A stretch of DNA of 64,000 nt from Candidatus Omnitrophota bacterium. Its GTDB lineage: Bacteria; Omnitrophota; Gorgyraeia; JAGLLT01. The translations under genes were made by a program, and so were the position numbers. The stretch covers positions 1,754 through 65,753 of the forward strand of contig JAGLLT010000017.1 of assembly GCA_023140385.1 (NCBI GenBank). Direction: 5' to 3'. The notes beneath the pieces are model-generated. The model made no database searches. It worked only from the letters and a program-made list of their open reading frames with translations, and was not told the origin of the DNA. Below are positions 58,003 to 64,000 of the stretch, one piece after another; within the stretch, counting starts at the first letter, position 1, and the number at the start of each line of letters is the position of its first letter.

Positions 58003-59424
58003 TCAAGTATATACTTTATTGGCGTCTTGAGACCGCGCCCGATCCAACAGCTTCCGGGCCTTGATGACTAACTCCTCAGAGCTCATCCCGTCCAATGGAT
58101 TAGCCGTTACCGCCGCGCTTACGGTTATATTTTTCTCGGGCATTGACTCCTGATTTGCAAAGTCAAAATTCTCAATTTTCTCTCTGATTTTATCAGCTGT
58201 CATATGAGCTTCTTTTTTATTCTTCTCAGGAAGAATCAAAGCAAAAGCACACTGTTCAAACCTGCCCACCTTATCTATCCGCTCAACGTTTGCCTTTATG
58301 ATAGAGGCTATTTTTTTCAATATCTCATCCGAAACCTGCTTGCCAAATCTGTCCTGGCAAGCGTCAAAATTATCGACTTCCACTAAGATAAAAGAACACG
58401 GCCGCTGATATGTAATAGCTCTTTGAATCTCCTCATTTAAACGTTCTCTTAGATATTTTATATTATATAGCCCCGTCAACTCATCTCTTACTGAAAGCTC
58501 TTTGGTTTTATTCATAAGCAAGTTATTTTCTATAGCAATAGAAATCTGCTTACTAAAGACCTTCATCAGCTCCAGGTCATCACTCGCGAAACTAAAATCA
58601 TTTTTATTGTTACCGAGAATCATATCGCACTTAACCTCACCGTGAAGTACAACAGGAAAAACAATTATGTTATTTAAATTCAGGCTTTTTTTTAAGCTCT
58701 TTGTTGCACCATCAACTCTGTGCTTCTTATCCAAAACTAAGCTTTCCCGCTGCTTTGAAAGCCTGGCAAGAACACCTTCGGAAAAATCTTTTTCAAGGGC
58801 TTCCATTTCTTCGGGTTTAAGATTATTAGTAGCCTTTATCTTTACCCCGGCGCCTTCCGCCTCAAAAATTACCAAAAAGCTTTTCTCGCAGTCAACAACA
58901 TCAGGAAGTCTTTCGATTACAGTCTGCAATATTACGCTAAGATCTCCGGCGCCGGACATAATGCTGCTAACCTGAAAAAGAGTCGATAGGGCTGTCATTT
59001 TTTTATTGATGTCCAGATTAATGCTTCTTATCTGCTCCTCATAGCCCTTTAAAGTATCTACATTTTTATTTATTTTTGAAGCCATTGAGTTAATAGAAAT
59101 ACTTAAATCACCGATTTCATCCTCTCTGTTAGTCGGAATTTGCCCAAGATCATTGCCGTCTGTATAAAGTTTGAGTTTTTTAGAAATCTGAATAACAGGA
59201 TCAACGATGCTTTTAGCCACAAACAGGCCCAAAAGCGCTATAATGGTTGTTATTAAAACCAACAGGCTGGTGTCACCGATAATTATATCCTGCTCATACA
59301 CGTATTTATTTATAAGAACTCCACAGAGTAAAAGGGGCATAATTGACATAAGGCTAAAAGCTAAGATTAATTTATACTTCAGGCCCTTTGGCATTAAAGA
59401 TACCGCTTTAAATAACTTATACAT
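58003..59424 (-). CDS. Membrane signalling protein: 2 TM, HAMP, GAF and a degenerate GGDEF domain
   Basis: The GGDEF fold is RDELTGLYNIKYL…, but its signature is GRFEQCAF instead of GG(D/E)EF. Confidence 0.65.
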   Translation of the reverse strand: MYKLFKAVSLMPKGLKYKLILAFSLMSIMPLLLCGVLINKYVYEQDIIIGDTSLLVLITTIIALLGLFVAKSIVDPVIQISKKLKLYTDGNDLGQIPTNREDEIGDLSISINSMASKINKNVDTLKGYEEQIRSINLDINKKMTALSTLFQVSSIMSGAGDLSVILQTVIERLPDVVDCEKSFLVIFEAEGAGVKIKATNNLKPEEMEALEKDFSEGVLARLSKQRESLVLDKKHRVDGATKSLKKSLNLNNIIVFPVVLHGEVKCDMILGNNKNDFSFASDDLELMKVFSKQISIAIENNLLMNKTKELSVRDELTGLYNIKYLRERLNEEIQRAITYQRPCSFILVEVDNFDACQDRFGKQVSDEILKKIASIIKANVERIDKVGRFEQCAFALILPEKNKKEAHMTADKIREKIENFDFANQESMPEKNITVSAAVTANPLDGMSSEELVIKARKLLDRARSQDANKVYT

Positions 59425-59538
59425 TACAAGTCCCCTCCGATCAAAACAACATTTTTAAACTGAATTTAAAAACTTTAAATTATTTAAATACTTCACTTAA
59501 GTATACTATATAAAAAAAATTTAGTCAAGGTCGCCGGA

Positions 59539-60624
59539 TTAACTATCGTCAAATTTCAGATTTAGTAAAATTCCCGCCAAAATTAAAAAAACTATTATGT
59601 GTGAACCGCCATAACTGATAAAAGGCAGGGGCAGGCCGACTACAGGCATAAGGCCGATGCACATGCATATATTTATCACAACGTGAAGCACAAATAGAGT
59701 ACTTATGCCAACCGCCAGCAATTTTTTCTCCATATTCTCCGACCTCTGGGCTATGTTAAGCCCTTCCCAGATAATAATGAAAAAAAGCAGTATTACAATT
59801 ACGGCGCCGATAAATCCCCACTCCTCACCAATGCAGGAAAAGATAAAGTCCGTATGATGTTCAGGCAAAAAATTCAACTGCCCCTGGCTCCCCCTAAGCA
59901 GCCCTTTTCCCCAAAAACCACCGGAACCGATAGCGATTTTTGACTGAATGATAGTGTATCCGGCGCCCAGCGGGTCAATATCGGGATTAATAAAAACCAG
60001 AAGTCTCTGTTTCTGATAATCTTTCAAGAGAGTCCATAAAAGCGGAGCGGCCGCCGCGCCGGATATAAACGTTAAGACAATATACCTTAATCTTATACCC
60101 CAGATGTAAAGCATAGCAAAAAGAATGGGGATAAAAATTAAAGAAGTCCCCAGATCAGGCTGCTTCAGGATAAGTATCACCGGAAAAAAAACCAGGATAA
60201 GGCAGACTGCCACACATCCGGCCCCCGCTTCTTTGTATTTATAAGAAGATAAAAATCTGGCCAGAGTTAAAATGATTACCAGCTTCATCAGCTCCGAAGG
60301 CTGGCAATTTACGCCAAAAAAGGAAACCCATCTGGCCGCGCCCAACTTCGGCTGGGCGATAAACATTACTATTAAAAGCAAAATTAAATTAGCGGCATAA
60401 AAAAGATAAGATAATTCCAGAAGTCTTTTGTAGTTGATGATAAAAACTAAACCCGCGAGACAGGCGCCAATGGCAATCCATCTTAGCTGTAAAGCGACGT
60501 AGTTTATCTTCGTTCCCGACTCACCGCCATACGAAGCGCTATAAAGAGCCGCGCAGCCTAAAATAAGAAGTAAAATTAAGGCCGACGGCAATAAATAACT
60601 TCTCTTTCGCTCACTTAATATCAT
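59539..60624 (-). CDS. rodA: Rod-shape-determining protein RodA (SEDS family)
   Basis: 10-TM FtsW/RodA pattern (…GAARW…PSELMK…). It is adjacent to PBP2 and mreBCD. Confidence 0.8.
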   Translation of the reverse strand: MILSERKRSYLLPSALILLLILGCAALYSASYGGESGTKINYVALQLRWIAIGACLAGLVFIINYKRLLELSYLFYAANLILLLIVMFIAQPKLGAARWVSFFGVNCQPSELMKLVIILTLARFLSSYKYKEAGAGCVAVCLILVFFPVILILKQPDLGTSLIFIPILFAMLYIWGIRLRYIVLTFISGAAAAPLLWTLLKDYQKQRLLVFINPDIDPLGAGYTIIQSKIAIGSGGFWGKGLLRGSQGQLNFLPEHHTDFIFSCIGEEWGFIGAVIVILLFFIIIWEGLNIAQRSENMEKKLLAVGISTLFVLHVVINICMCIGLMPVVGLPLPFISYGGSHIIVFLILAGILLNLKFDDS

Positions 60625-62348
60625 TATTTTGATAAATACTTCCTTTTAATAAATTCAATAATTTGCCTGCTTACGCCGGCGGCCTCAACGCCGCCTGCAC
60701 CGCCATGCTCTAAAAAAACTACCAGGGCAAACTCCGGTTTATCGGCCGGAAAAAAACAGGTAAAACAGGCATGCGTAAGCCCGGAGGAAGTTTGGGCGGT
60801 CGCGGTTTTTCCGGCTACCCTAACTCCTTCAACCTGAGCTCTCCTGCCTGTACCGCTGTCAGAGACAACCAACTTTAATCCGCGCCTGACAATATCAAGG
60901 TTTTCCTTTTTAAAATTAAGCCTCCTGGGCTTTTTTGAGCAGGCTTCCAAATCAGCTATCTTTTTGACTATCTGAGGGCAAACCAGATTGCCTCCGTTAG
61001 CAATTACGGAAATCATCCTTAATATTTGGATGGGCGTAGCCAGAAAATAACCCTGCCCGATGGCAAATATTACCGTCTCTCCGTCATACCACCGCTCTCC
61101 CTTTTTTTTCAGCTTCCACTCTTTATCCGGTACCAAGCCGGCCGCTTCACCCCCCAACTCTATTCCTGTAGGCCTGCCAAAACCAAATTGTCTCGCGTAA
61201 GAACTCAAGGAATCAATTCCCGCGCCTAAACCCGCCTTATAAAAAAATACGTTACAGGAATTTTTCAGAGCATCAATAATCGTCTCTTCACCGTGACCTT
61301 TTGAATACCAGCAGCGAAAGGTGCTTCTCCCGAGTTTAAAGTAGCCGGGGCAATTAATGGTTTGCCCGACATCTACAACCTTTGTCTCTAAAGCGCAAAG
61401 AGCGGTCACTACCTTAAATACCGAGCCGCTTGGATAAGCAGACTGAATATTCCTGTTCGTCATAACCGAATCTTTTGAGTTAAAGATTACTTTAATTTTT
61501 CTGCTTCTTTGGGGAGAGGGACTGACGATGACGTTGGGATTAAAGCTGGGAGTGCTTACCATAGCCAGAACTTCGCCGCTAAAGGGGTTCATAACACAAA
61601 CAGCGGCTTTTCTTTCTTTAGTCAGGTTGTAAATATAATTCTGCAGTTCAATATCAATAGTAAGGTGCAGATCTTTACCTTTCCGAGGAGCTTTGTGGCC
61701 TAATATCTTTATCCACCTCCCTTTGTTGTCCACCTCAATCTGATATCCGCCGTCTTCTCCTTTCAGATAGCTGTCAAAGGCCGCTTCTAATCCGGTGCGC
61801 CCGATAAAGTCAACTATCCTGTAGCCATAAAACCTCAGCTTTTTATACTCCTGCCAGGTTAGCTTGGTTATGTAGCCGATTAAGTGCGCCGTTGACTCCT
61901 CATAGACATATTCCCTTAGGGGAACTGTCTCAATTACAATTCCCTTTAACCGCAAAATCTTCTCCTCAATCAATATCGCCTTCTTTTTAGGAATGTCCTC
62001 CGCTACAACCGCCGGCACAAAAGGATTTATCGCGTTTTGTTTTAGTTTTTCCCTTAATGCCGCGACCGGTATTTCGAGGATAGCGGAAAGCTTTGTCAGG
62101 GTAGAGCTGTTGCTGCCGGCCTCACGCGGTATAACCGCCGCGTTAAAAGAGAGCCTGCTTTTAGCCAGAAGCTTCCCTTCCCGGTCGTATATGTTTCCTC
62201 TGGCGGCCATGATAGGTATTAAGCGCACCCTGTTTTCCCGGCTTTGTCTTTTATAATGCTGGCCCTTGAAAAGCTGAATTCGCCCCAGGCCGGTTATCAG
62301 CAGGATAAAGGATAGTAAAATCACTAATTTAATATGAACGATTCTCAT
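60624..62348 (-). CDS. mrdA: Penicillin-binding protein 2 (elongasome transpeptidase)
   Basis: N-terminal anchor and dimerisation domain. The transpeptidase motifs are SGSVFK, SCN and KTGTA. Confidence 0.85.
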   Translation of the reverse strand: MRIVHIKLVILLSFILLITGLGRIQLFKGQHYKRQSRENRVRLIPIMAARGNIYDREGKLLAKSRLSFNAAVIPREAGSNSSTLTKLSAILEIPVAALREKLKQNAINPFVPAVVAEDIPKKKAILIEEKILRLKGIVIETVPLREYVYEESTAHLIGYITKLTWQEYKKLRFYGYRIVDFIGRTGLEAAFDSYLKGEDGGYQIEVDNKGRWIKILGHKAPRKGKDLHLTIDIELQNYIYNLTKERKAAVCVMNPFSGEVLAMVSTPSFNPNVIVSPSPQRSRKIKVIFNSKDSVMTNRNIQSAYPSGSVFKVVTALCALETKVVDVGQTINCPGYFKLGRSTFRCWYSKGHGEETIIDALKNSCNVFFYKAGLGAGIDSLSSYARQFGFGRPTGIELGGEAAGLVPDKEWKLKKKGERWYDGETVIFAIGQGYFLATPIQILRMISVIANGGNLVCPQIVKKIADLEACSKKPRRLNFKKENLDIVRRGLKLVVSDSGTGRRAQVEGVRVAGKTATAQTSSGLTHACFTCFFPADKPEFALVVFLEHGGAGGVEAAGVSRQIIEFIKRKYLSK

Positions 62349-62841
62349 AGGCTAAAAACCCTAACGACTTCTTTAAAAAAATACAAAGCGGGCCAAAAAT
62401 AAAGGTGGAATACAGCGCCGTCGGCAGGATTACCATTTTAAGCGCCTCGATAAAACCCGCGAGAGGCAGAAAAACTCTCGAGGCCAGATAATAAAGACTA
62501 TAAACCGCCAAAACAGAACTAAAACATATAAAAAGCTGTATCGGAATATTTTCGCGATACACCCTTTGGCCGTATAAGGGCAAAACAAAACCGCACAAAC
62601 CAAAGGTTAAAATATTTAAGCCAAAAATCCCACCTGACAATACGTCACCGATAAAACCGGCAAAAAGCGCCGTCTTCAGGCAAAAGGAACCTTCAAAGTA
62701 AAAGGTGGAGAAGATAACGATTGTCAGTAGAATATCCGGTTTTACGCCGGCAACGCGGAAACGGTACAAAAAAGTTGCCTGCATAAGCGCCGCCAAAATC
62801 ACAAAAAAAATCAAAAACTGCTTTTGACTTCTTTTACGCAT
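62329..62841 (-). CDS. mreD: Rod-shape-determining protein MreD
   Basis: Small 5-TM protein between mreC and mrdA. Confidence 0.6.
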   Translation of the reverse strand: MRKRSQKQFLIFFVILAALMQATFLYRFRVAGVKPDILLTIVIFSTFYFEGSFCLKTALFAGFIGDVLSGGIFGLNILTFGLCGFVLPLYGQRVYRENIPIQLFICFSSVLAVYSLYYLASRVFLPLAGFIEALKMVILPTALYSTFIFGPLCIFLKKSLGFLAYENRSY

Positions 62842-63599
62842 AAGACCTCCTCAAGCTTCATCAAGGCGGCCTCCGGCCGCACCAGAGCAATGGTATACAA
62901 GGAGGAAGCATCGTGGCTGATACTAATAACCTCCCCTATCAAAAGGCCTTCGGGATATAACCCGCTATTGGCGGAAGTAACTACCTTATCCCCCTGCATT
63001 ATCTTGCTTTCCAAAGGCAGGTATTTCATCCGGCATAAACCTTTATAGACACCTTCTAAAAGGGCTTCATCTCTGGTTCGTTGAATTTTGGCCGCTACGC
63101 GAGAAACCGGATCGGTCAAAAGCATCACCCTGCACACTCCTCCATCGGCCTCTATTACCCTTCCCGCCAAGCCGGAGCAAGATAGAACCGCCGCGCCTTC
63201 TCTTATTCCATCATTTGTTCCTTTATCAATTATTATTGTGTTAAACCAGTTTGTCGTATCCCGCCCGATGACCCTCGATGCAACTGTGTCAAATAGAACT
63301 TTTTCTTTAAACTCAAAAAGCTTCTGAAGCCGGAGATTCTCCAACCGGATCTCTTCAAAAGAAGTAAGCCTCCCCTTTAATAGACCCACCTCCCGCCTTA
63401 GGGCGCTATTTGACTGAAGTATATGTTTATATTCCAGGAGGCCGGCTAAATTTCTTGAAGATACTTCTGAGGCACTTAGAGGATATTTAAATGCTGAAAG
63501 AAAGACATTTTTTATTTTATTAGAAACTCTATTTGGAAGGAATACTATAGCTATAAATATTAAAGCGCATACAATCCAAGTGATTCTTTTTATAATCAC
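62811..63599 (-). CDS. mreC: Rod-shape-determining protein MreC
   Basis: N-terminal TM, coiled coil and beta-rich C-domain. It follows mreB. Confidence 0.8.
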   Translation of the reverse strand: MIIKRITWIVCALIFIAIVFLPNRVSNKIKNVFLSAFKYPLSASEVSSRNLAGLLEYKHILQSNSALRREVGLLKGRLTSFEEIRLENLRLQKLFEFKEKVLFDTVASRVIGRDTTNWFNTIIIDKGTNDGIREGAAVLSCSGLAGRVIEADGGVCRVMLLTDPVSRVAAKIQRTRDEALLEGVYKGLCRMKYLPLESKIMQGDKVVTSANSGLYPEGLLIGEVISISHDASSLYTIALVRPEAALMKLEEVLCVKEVKSSF

Positions 63600-63610
63600 T
63601 TACTTAATCC

Positions 63611-64000
63611 CTATGCTTCATATTTTGCGGAAATACTTACCTTTTTCAGATACTTTATTTCATCCAGCATTTTGCCCGTCCCCAGGCAAACAGCAGTCAG
63701 CGGATCATCGGCTACATTAACCGGCAGGCCTGTCTCCTCAGCCAGAAGCTTATCAAGATTGCGCAGGAGAGCCCCTCCACCGGCAAGAATCAAGCCTCTA
63801 TCAACTAAATCAGCGGAAAGCTCCGGCGGTGTCCTTTCGAGTGTGGCTCTTACCGACTCAATAATTAAGGCAATCGGTTCAGAAAGCGCCTCTCTGACTT
63901 CTTCTGAAGAGATAGTTAATGTTTTGGGAAGGCCGGCCACTAAATCACGCCCCTTAACTTCCATAGACAACTCTTCATCCAGCGGATAAGCGGAACCTAT
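63611..64000 (-). CDS. mreB: Rod-shape-determining protein MreB, C-terminal part (5' end outside window)
   Basis: …IGSAYPLDEELSMEVKGRDLVAGLPKTLTISSEEV…GGGALLRNLDKLLAEETGLPV… is the MreB C-terminus. The frame stays open to the window edge. Confidence 0.85.
   Translation of the reverse strand: MGSAYPLDEELSMEVKGRDLVAGLPKTLTISSEEVREALSEPIALIIESVRATLERTPPELSADLVDRGLILAGGGALLRNLDKLLAEETGLPVNVADDPLTAVCLGTGKMLDEIKYLKKVSISAKYEA

Overview
This is a 64-kb chromosomal window from a Gram-negative (diderm), probably anaerobic bacterium. The evidence is outer-membrane beta-barrels, an AsmA-family protein, PEP-CTERM proteins, a split class-I fumarase, a flavodoxin and a DUF2148 protein. Most genes lie on the minus strand.

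In order along the window:
- a truncated response regulator (1-277)
- a tRNA-His/tRNA-Arg/tRNA-Pro cluster carrying a 3x30-bp tandem repeat and a truncated four-helix-bundle (4HB) gene
- three consecutive PEP-CTERM secreted proteins, two of them protease-like
- AsmA, rdgB and rph
- a five-gene signalling operon: dCache-HAMP protein, a coiled-coil partner, a histidine kinase, a REC protein and a REC-GAF-GGDEF protein
- fumarase alpha/beta
- queD-queC-queE-queF
- murI, amiC and cvpA
- an unusual PLDc_N/zinc-ribbon/GspE-ATPase fusion
- SemiSWEET, arfB and flavodoxin
- an intact 4HB gene embedded in short dispersed repeats
- recQ with a NYN-domain gene
- an alpha/beta-hydrolase, an EEP-family protein and a YihY/BrkB protein
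- a long housekeeping block: rpsA-plsC-cmk-tyrA-aroF-hisC-pheA-scpB-scpA, trpS, infB-nusA-rimP
- an outer-membrane porin
- a compact seven-gene operon (47.6-59.4 kb)
- rodA-mrdA-mreD-mreC-mreB, with mreB running off the window end

The seven-gene operon is the most notable region. It encodes PilC/GspF, two tandem MshE/PilB-like ATPases with N-terminal MshEN (c-di-GMP-binding) domains, a stand-alone MshEN protein, a 1336-aa GGDEF-AAA-HEAT protein, PilT, and a HAMP-GAF protein with a degenerate GGDEF domain. I read it as a c-di-GMP-wired type IV pilus or type II-secretion-like motor module. No pilins or secretin are in the window.

Several short intergenic repeat families recur: a ~30-bp 'ttcgctctaaggattaag' unit, a 20-bp perfect palindrome present twice, an 'aaccaataaccaag' palindromic element, and an upstream 'tacacttttagctttacgcttt' motif. 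All calls rest on reading the translated ORFs and the raw sequence. No database searches were run.
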